Assembly: GCA_963714825.1 (NCBI GenBank) | Contig: CAVQQF010000003.1 | Coordinates: 608,690 to 672,689, forward strand | Origin: an uncultured Bacteroidales bacterium | Lineage (GTDB): Bacteria; Bacteroidota; Bacteroidia; Bacteroidales; UBA4417 | Direction of reading: 5' to 3' | DNA: 64,000 nucleotides | Part shown: positions 19,902-38,538 of the stretch, one piece after another | How positions within the stretch are numbered: position 1 is the first letter of the stretch | Layout of the letters: each line of letters opens with the position of its first letter | The notes under the pieces: generated by a model | Seen by the model: the letters and a program-made list of their open reading frames with translations, nothing else | The model's database searches: none | Told to the model about the DNA's origin: nothing | Made by a program: the position numbers and the translations under genes

Positions 19902-20421
19902 ATGAGAAAAGAAGAAAAAAATCAACTTATAGAAACCCTTACGGAGGATTTAATAGCTGCTAATATCTTTATATTACTGATATTTCAGATCTGAATGTTG
20001 AAAAAACAAGCAAGCTGCGTCGCCTATGTTTCAAAAGGGACGTTAAGTTGATCGTAGTTAAAAACACATTGCTCCATAAAGCAATGGAAAAATCCGACAA
20101 GGACTTTGGAGATCTGTACGAGTTCTGAAAGGTCATACTTCAATTATGATTGCTGAGCAGGGAAATGTACCGGCTAAGCTGATCAAAGAATTCAGGAAAA
20201 CATCCGATAAACCAATACTTAAAGGAGCATACGTAGAGGAAATGACCTTTATTGGTGATAATCAACTGGACGCACTCGTCGCAATTAAGTCTAAAAATGA
20301 ACTTATTGCCGATGTTATTCTTGCGCTCAATCACCAGCTAGCAATGTTATTTCTGCATTGCAATCCGGCGGTCAAAAATTATCCGGTGTTCATCAAGACC
20401 TTATCCGAAAATCCTGCATAA
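19902..20421 (+). CDS. rplJ: 50S ribosomal protein L10, internally frameshifted
   Basis: Start MRKEEKNQLIETLTE. The C-terminal ORF 20146..20421 carries the rest. The position between rplA and rplL supports the call. Confidence 0.7.
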
Positions 20422-20485
20422 CACCAGGCAAGCGTACAAAATGAATTAATCAATAAATGTAAAACACTTAAAAACAACAAATAAA

Positions 20486-20879
20486 ATGGCAGACTTAAAA
20501 GCTTTTGCAGAACAGTTAGTTAATTTGACTGTAAAAGAAGTTAATGAACTTGCTCAGATACTTAAAAGACGAATATGGTATTGAACCAGCAGCTGCTGCT
20601 GCAGTAGCAGTAGCATCATGCTGGTGCAGACGCTCGCTGTAGTTGAAGAACAAACCTCATTCGATGTTATTCTGAAAGCAGCTGGTGCAAGCTAAATTAG
20701 CAGTTGTAAAACTCGTAAAAGAATTAACCAGCCTTGGCCTGAAAGAAGCAAAAGAACTTAGTTGATGCAGCTCCAAAAGCAATGAAAGAAGGTGTAACCA
20801 AAGACGAAGCAGAAGCCTTGAAACACAACTCGAAGAAGCAGGTGCAGAGGTTGAAGATAAAGTAAATATTGCTATTTAG
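20486..20879 (+). CDS. rplL: 50S ribosomal protein L7/L12, multiple frame disruptions
   Basis: [27 protein letters not shown], then ...[26 protein letters not shown]...EEAGAEV in several frames. The end is approximate. Confidence 0.65.
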
Positions 20880-21005
20880 ACTACAATTACCAAACTGACT
20901 GCTTGTACCTGCTCTACGCGGTTAGTAAGCAGTTAGTTTTCTTCCCGATTCTCATATCGGGATTAATTGTTTAAAAATACTTTGTTTATTTAAATCTTAA
21001 ATTTC

Positions 21006-24830
<3,825 letters not shown>

Positions 24831-24939
24831 ATATTCAGTGGCCGCAGGGCGTCATGTTGTTATGCAACATGATGCCTGTGCAGGCTAAGGTTTATTTAAT
24901 GTGAAACAAAAGTAATTTTAATCGTTAATCATTTCTTGA

Positions 24940-29235
<4,296 letters not shown>

Positions 29236-29340
29236 TTTTTTATACATGATTTTATAGGGAAACTGTATCAGCCAAAATGATCGGTTTCCCTATATTTTTA
29301 AAATTTGTTTACTGATTAAACAGCTAAAAATTATACAACC

Positions 29341-29658
29341 ATGAACGATCAACCAAATCAAAATCAGAACCAGATAAATATCGAACTCTCCGATGATGTG
29401 AGCGAAGGTATTTACTCAAATTTAGCAGTAATAACACATTCGAATTCGGAATTTGTTGTTGATTTTATTAAGCTTATGCCGGGTGTTCCTAAAGCAAAAG
29501 TTAAATCACGCATTATCCTTACTCCTCAGCACGCCAAACGTTTGTACCGTGCACTGAAAGAAAATATCACCAAGTTCGAAGCCGCACATGGCGCCATTAA
29601 AGAAACCGAGGGTGGTGATTTCCCCTTCCAGCTCAGTGGCCCTGCCGGACAGGCTTAA
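29341..29658 (+). CDS. DUF3467 domain protein (conserved small ORF after rpoC in Bacteroidota)
   Basis: 105 aa, NQNQNQINIELSDDVSEGIYSNLAVITHSNSEFVVDF. It is intact, in contrast to the genes upstream. Confidence 0.65.
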   Translation: MNDQPNQNQNQINIELSDDVSEGIYSNLAVITHSNSEFVVDFIKLMPGVPKAKVKSRIILTPQHAKRLYRALKENITKFEAAHGAIKETEGGDFPFQLSGPAGQA

Positions 29659-29673
29659 AATTACTTTAGCGAT

Positions 29674-29716
29674 AAAAAAAAAGAGGCTTACTGAATCAGT
29701 AGCCTCTTTTTTTTGT
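29674..29716 (+). terminator. Rho-independent terminator for the rpoC–DUF3467 operon, possibly bidirectional
   Basis: A9, then the stem agaggcttactga / tcagtagcctct, then T10. Confidence 0.75.
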
Positions 29717-29726
29717 TCGAAAAATC

Positions 29727-30017
29727 TTAGCGGTTAACTATATACCTGAATATAAGGTACGATTGCTCATTGTTAAGTTCAGCCTTAGGAATCATTCTGT
29801 CGAGTATGCCTTTCCATTGCTGGTTTGTGTGTTTGCTTATACCCGGAAGTTTGTGGCATTTGCCGCAATTATTCATATACAGATCGTGACCCTGCTGGAG
29901 TTCGGCAAGGGTTGCCGGTTCAACTTTATTTACATTTTTCTCACCGGGTGTATATAGTTGTGTTGTACTGCATGCAGCGGCTACAATTAATAGAAATGCA
30001 ACAAGTATAGGTTTCAT
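29727..30017 (-). CDS. Monohaem c-type cytochrome lipoprotein
   Basis: Signal peptide with lipobox (LLIVAAACS) and a single CxxCH haem-binding motif (NNCGKCH); 96 aa. Confidence 0.7.
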   Translation of the reverse strand: MKPILVAFLLIVAAACSTTQLYTPGEKNVNKVEPATLAELQQGHDLYMNNCGKCHKLPGISKHTNQQWKGILDRMIPKAELNNEQSYLIFRYIVNR

Positions 30018-30169
30018 AAGTAGGATGTTGGTTAGGGCAACAAAAGTATTAAAATTTTCCGATAGTTTCCCTCAAAATGCTATCATTTATATTGGTTGAT
30101 ACGGCAACATGCCTTACAATCACTGATTTTTATGTGATTGTTATTGCTATCGGCTGACATTGCTATAAA

Positions 30170-30204
30170 AGCAAAAAAAAACAGCAGCATAAAAATGCTG
30201 CTGT
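30170..30204 (-). terminator. Rho-independent terminator downstream of the NYN gene
   Basis: The 10-bp stem acagcagcat / atgctgctgt with loop aaaa is followed on the minus strand by a U8-9 tract (the A-run at 30173-30181). Confidence 0.7.
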
Positions 30205-30227
30205 CCTGAATTTTGGTTTAACGCTTA

Positions 30228-30914
30228 TTAAACGTTAAATAATGAATTAACTATCGGATCGTTTTTACTTGTGCGATCGTCGATACGTTTATCCATCATA
30301 AGCGGATATACACACTCGTCAATCAAAGCCTGGCTGGTACGGGTAGTTACTTTATAAGCACGTCCGGCTGCTGAGGTCGATTCGTATGAGAAATCCCAGC
30401 CCAGAACCATAACCCTGGTACCGCGGCTGTTAATTTTTTTAATAAGAGGTACGTAGTCAGTATCTCCGGCAATAATAACAACTACATCGAGTTGTTTCAT
30501 CAATGCAAGTTCATAGGTTTCGAGCGAGAACCAGACATCAATTCCTTTTTCTTCGGCATCGCCTGTGCGTGAGTCAACCAAAAGAGGATAGTTGTGAGTA
30601 GTAATACCTTCGTACATAAAAATATCGTCAATCCGACGCTCGTTGGTCATCTGAGTTAAACGATATGATTCGTCAGGGTATTTTTTCTCCAGCTGGCTGG
30701 TTGAATAACGTCCTCTGAACCAGTGTGTTTCAACAACCTGGCAGTAACGTTTTTCTGCATTCTCGAGTTTCGAAATTTCGTCGCGCAGAAATTCGGCAAG
30801 TCCGTTGAAGTTAATGGTACTTTTACGTTCATGATGGTAACGGTAATACGAATTCACTTTCAAAAAGAAAGTGCCATCGATGAACAGTCCGATTTTTTTG
30901 ATTTTCTCTTCCAT
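30228..30914 (-). CDS. NYN-domain (LabA-like PIN nuclease fold) protein
   Basis: IGLFIDGTFF near the N-terminus and a VVIIAGDTDYVPLIKKINSRGTRVMVLGW core, typical of NYN/LabA domains. Confidence 0.65.
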   Translation of the reverse strand: MEEKIKKIGLFIDGTFFLKVNSYYRYHHERKSTINFNGLAEFLRDEISKLENAEKRYCQVVETHWFRGRYSTSQLEKKYPDESYRLTQMTNERRIDDIFMYEGITTHNYPLLVDSRTGDAEEKGIDVWFSLETYELALMKQLDVVVIIAGDTDYVPLIKKINSRGTRVMVLGWDFSYESTSAAGRAYKVTTRTSQALIDECVYPLMMDKRIDDRTSKNDPIVNSLFNV

Positions 30915-31300
30915 CTTTTTAATGTATAATAATGTAACAAAAGGTTCTGATATAAAATATTACTAGATAACAGTAACCCTGTTTAATTGTTCAATTTTCT
31001 CAATCAGTACCCGTGATTAATTTGGGTTTCGAATAAACAAAAAATAAACCACATTGATTGCAGCCCGTACATTTCTGAGAAGATGCAAATGTAATTCTAA
31101 ATTGTTTAATTACAAAATCCAAAAAGCTACTATTTATGTTAAAAATTCAAATTCTCATCAACCATGTTCAATTGATAAACAGATGAGTATATTGATTTGT
31201 TCGTTATACAATTACTTTTGATCACTCATCACTTTGCTTGGTACAATTCTGTATCATGCTTTGCAGTTTAAAACAAGTGAATCAGGCCGGACGTGTACTG

Positions 31301-32701
31301 TTATTCAGTCGATTCTGTAGGCGTTTTGGGTTCATCCTGGCTTTTTTCTTCGCCTTTAAGGTAGGAGGGAAGTTCAATACCTGCCGATTTGAAAATATCG
31401 TCGAGCGGTGGTATCGATTTGAACATACCGGCAAGGAAATTAGCAGTAGCCGGTGTTTTACCGTCAGCACCTGCACCCATGCTATCCCATACCGTAACTT
31501 TGTCGATTTTAATATTGCTGATAGCTTCCACCTGTGTTTTGATAATTTCGGGAAGCCTGTCGGCAATAAGCATCAGAACTGCATCGCGCGAATTACCATT
31601 GGCAGCATCAACCAGTTTATCGAAACCGGCAGCCTGTTTGCTCAGCACTTCGTAAATACCTTGTCCTTCGGCCTGCTTTTTCAGCAATATAGCATCGGCA
31701 TCGCCTTTAGCCACGCGGCGGGTTTGTTCAGCAAGGGCTTCGGCTTCTATTTCAATTTTCAGTTTGTCAATTTCGGTAGGAATAACAATATCAGCGGTAC
31801 GGGTAGCACGTTCGCGCTCCGACCTGGCCATTTCGGCAGTTTCTTCGGAGGCATAGGCTTCCTGAAGTGCTTTTGCGGCCTGTACTTTTTCGGAAGCTAC
31901 AGCCAGGCGTTCGGCTTCAGCCATTTTTTCGCGTCGGTTCGCATCACTCTGGGCGATGGTAATTAAAGCCGTATTCTCTCCTTCAACAGCAGTTGCATTG
32001 GCTTCGGCTACCTGAATACGTTGATCCTGCATTGCCACAGCTTCGCCAATGGACCCGTCGCGGTTCTTTTCGGCTACAGTCTTTTTGGCATCATTTATAG
32101 CTTTTGCAGCTGCCTCTTTACCTAAAGCTTCGATGTATCCCGATTCGTCGCGGATATCGGTAACATTGACATTGATTAGTCTTAGTCCGATTTTCTGCAG
32201 TTCAGCTTCCACGTTTTGCGAAACGTTGGCCAGGAACTTATCGCGGTCGGTATTTATTTCTTCAATATCCATGGTTGCAACAACAAGCCTGAGCTGTCCG
32301 AAGATTATATCCTTTGCCAGTTCCTGTATAGCAGCCAATGGCAGTCCCAGCATCCGTTCGGCCGCATTTATCACAATCGAAGCATCGGTCGAAATTCCTA
32401 CCGTAAACCTTGAGGGTACATCAACCCTGATATTCTGACGGCTCAGCGCATTGGTAAGGTTAACCTCTATGCTGATAGGCGTAAGATCCAGGTAAGCATA
32501 GCTTTGAATTACCGGCCATATAAAAGCCGCACCACCATGTATACATTTCGATGAACGGTTGGTGCCTTCCTTATTTACTCCGGTACGTCCGTAAACAACC
32601 AGGATTTTATCAGAAGGACATCTTTTATAACGCTTGAAAAGCGAAATAAAAGTGGTAAAGATAATTACTGCAAAAATTGCAACAATGGCTACTGGATACA
32701 T
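31301..32701 (-). CDS. Flotillin-like SPFH/band-7 protein (YqiK/FloA type)
   Basis: N-terminal transmembrane helix, SPFH domain, and a long Ala/Glu-rich coiled-coil C-terminus (EAERLAVASEKVQAAKALQEAYASEETAEMARSERERA...); 466 aa. Confidence 0.8.
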   Translation of the reverse strand: MYPVAIVAIFAVIIFTTFISLFKRYKRCPSDKILVVYGRTGVNKEGTNRSSKCIHGGAAFIWPVIQSYAYLDLTPISIEVNLTNALSRQNIRVDVPSRFTVGISTDASIVINAAERMLGLPLAAIQELAKDIIFGQLRLVVATMDIEEINTDRDKFLANVSQNVEAELQKIGLRLINVNVTDIRDESGYIEALGKEAAAKAINDAKKTVAEKNRDGSIGEAVAMQDQRIQVAEANATAVEGENTALITIAQSDANRREKMAEAERLAVASEKVQAAKALQEAYASEETAEMARSERERATRTADIVIPTEIDKLKIEIEAEALAEQTRRVAKGDADAILLKKQAEGQGIYEVLSKQAAGFDKLVDAANGNSRDAVLMLIADRLPEIIKTQVEAISNIKIDKVTVWDSMGAGADGKTPATANFLAGMFKSIPPLDDIFKSAGIELPSYLKGEEKSQDEPKTPTESTE

Positions 32702-32745
32702 GGATTGGGTATTTTAAGGTTAGGAGAAATTTAGGGATCGGATTT

Positions 32746-33363
32746 TTAATTTTTTTCTACGATAAGTATTTCGTCGCCGGCAATGCCTGTAACTTTAACA
32801 AGGGTATTGGTAGGAAGGTCCTGATCAGCTTTGGTAATAGCCTGCATTTCGCGAAGTGCCCCCTGGAATGTTACCTGTATTTTTCCGACATTCCCGTTGT
32901 TGGCTTTGATAGGTATGTATACTTTCCCGACGGCTCCAAGAGCATTTTTTATTGAAACATTTCCGCTATCGGCCATTCTCATTATAAAATAAAACATAGC
33001 CGATATAATAACCATGGCAAAAAGACCTGCCAGTATGGCGAAAAATATAGTCGCAATATTACTGTACCCTGCATTGATAAAGGCTATGCCAGTCCAGCTG
33101 AAAACAGTGAAAAAGGCAATAAAATTCCGTATGGTGAAAAAGCTGAATCCGGGGCCGAAATCGTCGTTGCTGTGCAAGGCGTCGTGGTCGGTGGCGTCGG
33201 ATTCGAAGTTTATATCCGAAAAATCAGCACCGGGATCGGTGGCTCCGCCGCCAATACCTATAAATGTCAGTATCATCTGTATAACGAAAATGATTGAAAA
33301 CGGAATAGCTAAGAGCCAGAACACTTTTTCTATTGCCGACAGGGCATCCCACCAAGCTTGCAT
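32746..33363 (-). CDS. NfeD/YqiJ-family membrane protein, the flotillin partner
   Basis: Multipass membrane N-terminus and a C-terminal OB-fold-like domain (VGKIQVTFQGALREMQAITK...LVKVTGIAGDEILIV). It lies immediately upstream of the flotillin gene in the same orientation. Confidence 0.7.
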   Translation of the reverse strand: MQAWWDALSAIEKVFWLLAIPFSIIFVIQMILTFIGIGGGATDPGADFSDINFESDATDHDALHSNDDFGPGFSFFTIRNFIAFFTVFSWTGIAFINAGYSNIATIFFAILAGLFAMVIISAMFYFIMRMADSGNVSIKNALGAVGKVYIPIKANNGNVGKIQVTFQGALREMQAITKADQDLPTNTLVKVTGIAGDEILIVEKN

Positions 33364-33438
33364 AATCTTAGAGTTTAGTTATAGCAAATATAGTAAAAAA
33401 AAAGATGTTTGTTAAAGGAAATTAAATAGTCAGGATAT

Positions 33439-34212
33439 TTATTTTATTTTATGCTCCCACTGGTAGTTTCCTTCCGAATCCCTGGCCGTGGTGCTGGTAC
33501 TTATCCGGGTGTCGATACGTAACCTTGTGAAATAATCGCGGAACGAAAGTGCAAAAAACAGTGAGCCAACAGTAGCAGTGCCGGAATTGCGGTAATTGAG
33601 CCATAACTCCCGGGGGCGCCCTATCCATACACCGGTAACATTGCTGACATATGAATTTATTTTAAGCGGTTTCTTTCCTGTTTTATCGAAAACATACTCC
33701 CACTCGCAACCGTAAATTGCCTGTCCGCTGGGTTGGAAAGCCGGAAGAAACCATACGCTCACCGTTTGGTCGGGATTGATGTAAACAAAAGACAAAAAAT
33801 AAAAATTGCTGGTATCGCGAACCACCTGGAACTTTGAGTTTGCAGCCGATAAAGCATTACCCGAAGCTTTGAGTTTTAATGTGTCGCAGGGGCCTGTATA
33901 TTCCGAGGTATTGAAATCGGGCTCGACCTTCACATGTTTGAGTATTTTAAAACTGCCATCTGTTACTTTTCCTCCAATAATATACCAGTTGTTTTGTTCT
34001 TTATAGCTGAACCATTCGGAATCGGACTGCCCTGATGTTTGGCTGAGACTGTCAGTTACCGTTAGTGTGAAATATTCGTATTCGGCCAGGTAGTTTGCTT
34101 TTAGCAGGCTGTTGTTAAATTGAATCGAGTCGAATTCGGGGGTTGTAAAACCGGCTTTTGCCGAAAATAGCCATACTGATACTATACAAAGGACCAGGAG
34201 TGTTTTGTTCAT
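33439..34212 (-). CDS. Hypothetical secreted protein
   Basis: Signal peptide MNKTLLVLCIVSVWLFSAKA. No domain was recognised. Confidence 0.45.
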   Translation of the reverse strand: MNKTLLVLCIVSVWLFSAKAGFTTPEFDSIQFNNSLLKANYLAEYEYFTLTVTDSLSQTSGQSDSEWFSYKEQNNWYIIGGKVTDGSFKILKHVKVEPDFNTSEYTGPCDTLKLKASGNALSAANSKFQVVRDTSNFYFLSFVYINPDQTVSVWFLPAFQPSGQAIYGCEWEYVFDKTGKKPLKINSYVSNVTGVWIGRPRELWLNYRNSGTATVGSLFFALSFRDYFTRLRIDTRISTSTTARDSEGNYQWEHKIK

Positions 34213-34223
34213 GCCGGATAATG

Positions 34224-34937
34224 TTATTTTCGCCGAAAGGTATAAAAAATACCAAATGAGAAATCGATACGCGAAATGTTCTGATAATCCTTTTCGTCGA
34301 GCGTTACCACTTCTTCTGTTGTGCCATTATCCTGTGTAAACTCCTTAAGGAAAGCATGGATATAACTGCCCTGAACAGCAACATTCACATTGCGGAATAC
34401 TTCGTAGCTTATCCTGAGCGAAGTGGATAATCCAGGGGAAGAACCTTTGAACATGGCTGAGTCGCCGACAGCTTTGCCAATATTGCGGTACAACAGCCAG
34501 GCCGGGCCTATGCCTCCGGTTACTGAAAGCTTGTTGTCGAGTAATGGCAACTTGCCATACACCATAGGAGCCAGGGTATGAACGCTCATGTCGCTCGATA
34601 AATCTATATAAAATATATTGGAAAAAAATTCGACCACAATGCTGTCCACTTCCTGTTTGGTGTTGAACCTGGTGTATTTTGCTCCTATACCTACGTATTT
34701 GTTGAAAAAGTATTCTGTTTCGAAGCCATAATGCCAGCCCGAACGCAGCTTGTTAAAATAGTCCTGTATTTCGGGTGCAATGCTGTCGGGTGCTTTTTCA
34801 ACGAGCAGGCTGGGGCCTGCCAGGGCGCCTGCCCATAGGCCGCCGGTGCCATTCGAAAGCTTGAAATTGCCTTTTTGGGCAAAAATAGTTCCGCTTACAA
34901 GGGTGATAAAAAGCAGAAGTAGCAGTTTTTGTTTCAT
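34224..34937 (-). CDS. Outer-membrane beta-barrel protein (OmpA-like barrel / porin family)
   Basis: Signal peptide, alternating amphipathic strands, and a C-terminal aromatic end (FGIFYTFRRK); 237 aa. Confidence 0.6.
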   Translation of the reverse strand: MKQKLLLLLFITLVSGTIFAQKGNFKLSNGTGGLWAGALAGPSLLVEKAPDSIAPEIQDYFNKLRSGWHYGFETEYFFNKYVGIGAKYTRFNTKQEVDSIVVEFFSNIFYIDLSSDMSVHTLAPMVYGKLPLLDNKLSVTGGIGPAWLLYRNIGKAVGDSAMFKGSSPGLSTSLRISYEVFRNVNVAVQGSYIHAFLKEFTQDNGTTEEVVTLDEKDYQNISRIDFSFGIFYTFRRK

Positions 34938-35020
34938 TAGAACGTTGAATTGATACGTATTTTATTTAGGGCAGTATACTATTATAAACGGTGAATTCGG
35001 GTAAATAGTTTTGGTGGCTA

Positions 35021-35060
35021 CAAAAAAAACGGCGATCCAGGTTAGCGGTCGCCGTTTTTA
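35021..35060. terminator. Hairpin terminator downstream of the tricorn-like protease gene
   Basis: A8, then the stem cggcgatc...ggtcgccg, then T5. It reads as T8 after the hairpin on the minus strand. Confidence 0.55.
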
Positions 35061-35071
35061 TGCAGGGTTAT

Positions 35072-38000
35072 TTATTTGCTTTTATCAGGTGGAGTTGGTA
35101 TAGGGGGTTGCTCCTTATACGCCTTCAGCTCGTCGAGAATCACTTCGATGGCCTTGTTCAGCTGTTCGTCGATGCCTGCGTATTCTTTTGCCGGATCGTT
35201 GTCGATAACAATATCAGGTTCTACACCAACACCTTCGATAATCCATTTGCTCTCGTCGGATGAATAGCTGGCAAATTCAGGCTTACGCAGGTCGGCTCCA
35301 TCAACAAATGGTAGTGAACCTCTGATTCCGACTACACCACCCCAGCTGCGCGTACCAATAACCTTTCCTAAGCGGCTTTTTTTGAATCCGTATGGAAAAA
35401 GGTCGCCATCGGAAGCTGAATAATTATTTATCAGCAGCACCTTGGGGCCAAGCATCATCCGGGTGGGTGTATGCCCGATGGCTTCGACATTGCGTGCCAT
35501 GTTACTTCGCTGAATTTCTCTGTTCAGGCGTTCGATGATCATAGGCGAAACATTACCGCCGCCATTGCCGCGATCGTCGATAATAAGTGCTTTTTTGGAT
35601 AACTGAGGGTAGAAATATTTAACAAACTCATTAAGACCTTCAGCGCCCATGTCGGGGATGTGAATATACCCGACCTCGCCATTGGTGGCATGGTCGACCT
35701 TGCGGATATTATTCTGAACCCAGTTGTAATAATATAATTTTGACTCATCGCGAACAGGTACTACCAGCACTTTTCGTCCACCTTCGACAGCTGACGAATT
35801 AAGGGTTAGCTCAACATTAGTTCCGGCTTTGTCAATCAATGCCGAATAAATATCAGTCATATCTTTGGTTGATTTCCCGTTAACGGAAGTGATAAAATCG
35901 CCTTTTACAGCGCCAACACCAACCTCGGTGAGTGGCGACCGCAGATCGCGGCTCCAATTAGCGCCTTGCAGTAAGCTGTCGATACGGAAATAGCCTGAAG
36001 CATCCTTGCTAAGACGGGCTCCCAGTAGTCCCAGGTTTATTTTGTCGACAGGTTTTCGCTCGCCACCGTTAATGTAGGCATGGCCAACACTAAGTTCCGC
36101 AATCATTTCACCGATAAGGTAAGTAAGATCGTTGCGGTTATTCACATAGGGCAACATGGGGTCGTATTTTGCGTGCATCGCTTTCCAGTCGACTCCATGC
36201 ATGTTAGGTACATAAAAGAAATCGCGCATCTGCCTCCATGCTTCGTCGTATATCTGTTTCCACTCTTCGCGGTAGTTCACCTGTACTTTGAGCTCGGATA
36301 GGTCAATATGTTTTTCGATATTGATTTTTGCTGAGGGCAGATCAATCATAGCATACCTGCTTCCCTGCCTGACCAGCATTTTTTTGCCATCGGCTGTGAT
36401 ATCGAAAGCGATCCGGGTGCCGAGTTCCGTTTCCTTTTTTTGTTTCAGGTCGTAAACCTTAGCCCACATTCCCTTATCGCTGCTCGTGTTATAATAAATT
36501 TTGTTTTCAGCCGGCCATATGTTCCAATAGTTACCGGCATCAACAGGTATTTCAATAATTCGTTGCTGAATACCTTCGGTGTCAATCTTTATGGGCTTAA
36601 CATCAGGTTCAGCCTCCTTTTCATCATCTTTGCCCTTGTCCTTTTTGCCTGTTTTTTTGTCAGGCTTTGCTTCGGTGTCGGTTTTTTTATCAGCTATCGT
36701 TACTTCGTCATTCGAGGGGGCAAAGGGCGAGGGGGTATCTTTTGCCAATGTAACAAGGTATAACTTGGTCATATTCTCGTAAGCATAATTCCACTCCACA
36801 TTGCTGTAAATAGGGTCGAAGGTGCGGTCGGAGGTAAAAATGAGGTATTTGCCATTATCCGAAAAAACAGGCTGCCCCGAAGAAAACCACTGATCGGTAA
36901 CTTCATATTTTTTTTCATCGGAGGTATTAAAGAGCATAATCTGCTGCATCCCATTCTCGAGAGGCTGGCTGTATGTAATCCAGCGGCTGTCGGGCGACCA
37001 GTTGAAACTGCCGTATTCCCATACCTTCGATTTATCCACAAGGGTCACTTTACGGCTTTCGATATCAATGTATTGTAATCTCAGCATCTTGTCGTTCCAC
37101 ATAATTTTTTTGCTGTCGGGCGACCAGCGTATGGTGAATTTGTATGTATCGGCACCTGTAGTAAGTTGTACCGGGGCTTCGCTGCCATCCTGTTTAGCAA
37201 TATATATTTCATATTCTCCGCTTTTATCGCCCAGGTAGGCAATATATTTACCATCGGGCGACCACAATGCTTCGCGCTCGTGTGCATTGCTGCTGCCTGT
37301 AAGGTTACGTGTAATTCCTTCTTTAACAGGTACACTGAAAATGTCGCCCCTACCGGTCACTACAATCCTGTTTCCATCGGGCGAGGGGTTTACTGAACCA
37401 ATATTTTGTGTGGCATCTTTCAAATCGTTGCGCGAGGTATTAAAATCGTCGGCAATCTGAATCTTAATTTTCGTAGCTGTTTGTGTAGCGATATCGAAAA
37501 TAAAAATATAGCCGCCTTTTTCGAACATAATACGGTTATCGCCGGCCGAAGGGAATTTGATGTCGAAATCAGTATAGTTGGTTACCTTGCGAGTCTGATT
37601 AGTTTTCAGGTTATAACTGAAAAGATTCATGGTGCGGTCGCGGTCGGAGCAAAAATAAATTTCGTCGCCGAACCACATAGGGAAAATATCCTGTGCATCG
37701 TTATTGGTAATATTGCGGGTGGCTTTTGATGCAAAGTCGTAAATCCATATATCGTCGGCCATGCCACCTTTATAGTATTTCCAGGTGCGGAATTCGCGAA
37801 AAACCCGGTTATAGGCAAGTTGCTTGCCGTCGGGCGAATAGGAGTTGAATCCCCCGGCAGGTAAAGGAAGTTCTTTCGACATGCCTCCCGATAGGGGTAC
37901 CATAAACAGCTGGCCGATAAAGTCGTTGAATGTTTGCTTACGCGAACGGTAAATAATGTTATTGCCGTCGGGTGTCCAGCCCATCACTATGTTATTGGGT

Positions 38001-38362
38001 CCCATACGGTCGCTGATATCGTCGCGGCCCAGGGTTGCCGTAATGGTTAGCCGCTGCGGAATGCCGCCCTGTGCAGGCATAAGATATACCTCGGTGTTGC
38101 CGTCGTACTGTGCTGTGAAGGCTATGGATTTTCCGTCGGGCGAAAAATGCGAAAACATTTCGTAACCAGCACTGTTAGTGAGCTTGCGAGCCATGCCTCC
38201 CGACGAAGGCACAGTATATAAATCGCCTGCGTAGGAAAAAACTACCTGGTTACCATGAATGGCCGGGAATCGCATTAACCTGGCTTCATCCTGCGCAAAC
38301 AGCAGAGCCGGGAAGATAAATGTAAAAAAGAGCAATAAAATAATTTTGGAATTTCGATTCAT
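35072..38362 (-). CDS. Tricorn protease homologue (S41 family, with beta-propeller and PDZ domains)
   Basis: 1096 aa with a signal peptide. It has TolB-like WD/propeller repeats and an S41 core (LIIDDRGNGGGNVSPMIIERL, IHIPDMGAEGLNEF). Confidence 0.8.
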   Translation of the reverse strand: MNRNSKIILLLFFTFIFPALLFAQDEARLMRFPAIHGNQVVFSYAGDLYTVPSSGGMARKLTNSAGYEMFSHFSPDGKSIAFTAQYDGNTEVYLMPAQGGIPQRLTITATLGRDDISDRMGPNNIVMGWTPDGNNIIYRSRKQTFNDFIGQLFMVPLSGGMSKELPLPAGGFNSYSPDGKQLAYNRVFREFRTWKYYKGGMADDIWIYDFASKATRNITNNDAQDIFPMWFGDEIYFCSDRDRTMNLFSYNLKTNQTRKVTNYTDFDIKFPSAGDNRIMFEKGGYIFIFDIATQTATKIKIQIADDFNTSRNDLKDATQNIGSVNPSPDGNRIVVTGRGDIFSVPVKEGITRNLTGSSNAHEREALWSPDGKYIAYLGDKSGEYEIYIAKQDGSEAPVQLTTGADTYKFTIRWSPDSKKIMWNDKMLRLQYIDIESRKVTLVDKSKVWEYGSFNWSPDSRWITYSQPLENGMQQIMLFNTSDEKKYEVTDQWFSSGQPVFSDNGKYLIFTSDRTFDPIYSNVEWNYAYENMTKLYLVTLAKDTPSPFAPSNDEVTIADKKTDTEAKPDKKTGKKDKGKDDEKEAEPDVKPIKIDTEGIQQRIIEIPVDAGNYWNIWPAENKIYYNTSSDKGMWAKVYDLKQKKETELGTRIAFDITADGKKMLVRQGSRYAMIDLPSAKINIEKHIDLSELKVQVNYREEWKQIYDEAWRQMRDFFYVPNMHGVDWKAMHAKYDPMLPYVNNRNDLTYLIGEMIAELSVGHAYINGGERKPVDKINLGLLGARLSKDASGYFRIDSLLQGANWSRDLRSPLTEVGVGAVKGDFITSVNGKSTKDMTDIYSALIDKAGTNVELTLNSSAVEGGRKVLVVPVRDESKLYYYNWVQNNIRKVDHATNGEVGYIHIPDMGAEGLNEFVKYFYPQLSKKALIIDDRGNGGGNVSPMIIERLNREIQRSNMARNVEAIGHTPTRMMLGPKVLLINNYSASDGDLFPYGFKKSRLGKVIGTRSWGGVVGIRGSLPFVDGADLRKPEFASYSSDESKWIIEGVGVEPDIVIDNDPAKEYAGIDEQLNKAIEVILDELKAYKEQPPIPTPPDKSK

Positions 38363-38538
38363 GCTGTGAGTGTTTATGAGTTTATTTGTTTTTAAACAAA
38401 AATAAGCAATTACTTGTTCGTTCAGGTTTTGTTATTCATAAAGTATTGCATTTTTCATATTCAAATACTTGCTGGTTTATACCGGGTGACCCGATTAAAA
38501 TGCTAAATTTGCACCTGCTATACAAAAGCCGTTTTATT

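Noticed and set aside
31238-31966. A 242-aa plus-strand ORF antisense to the flotillin gene (and similar antisense ORFs inside the S9 peptidase, tricorn protease, AsmA and RpoC regions)
   Set aside because: These lie fully inside long, well-supported genes on the opposite strand and have low-complexity or odd composition. They are typical shadow ORFs.
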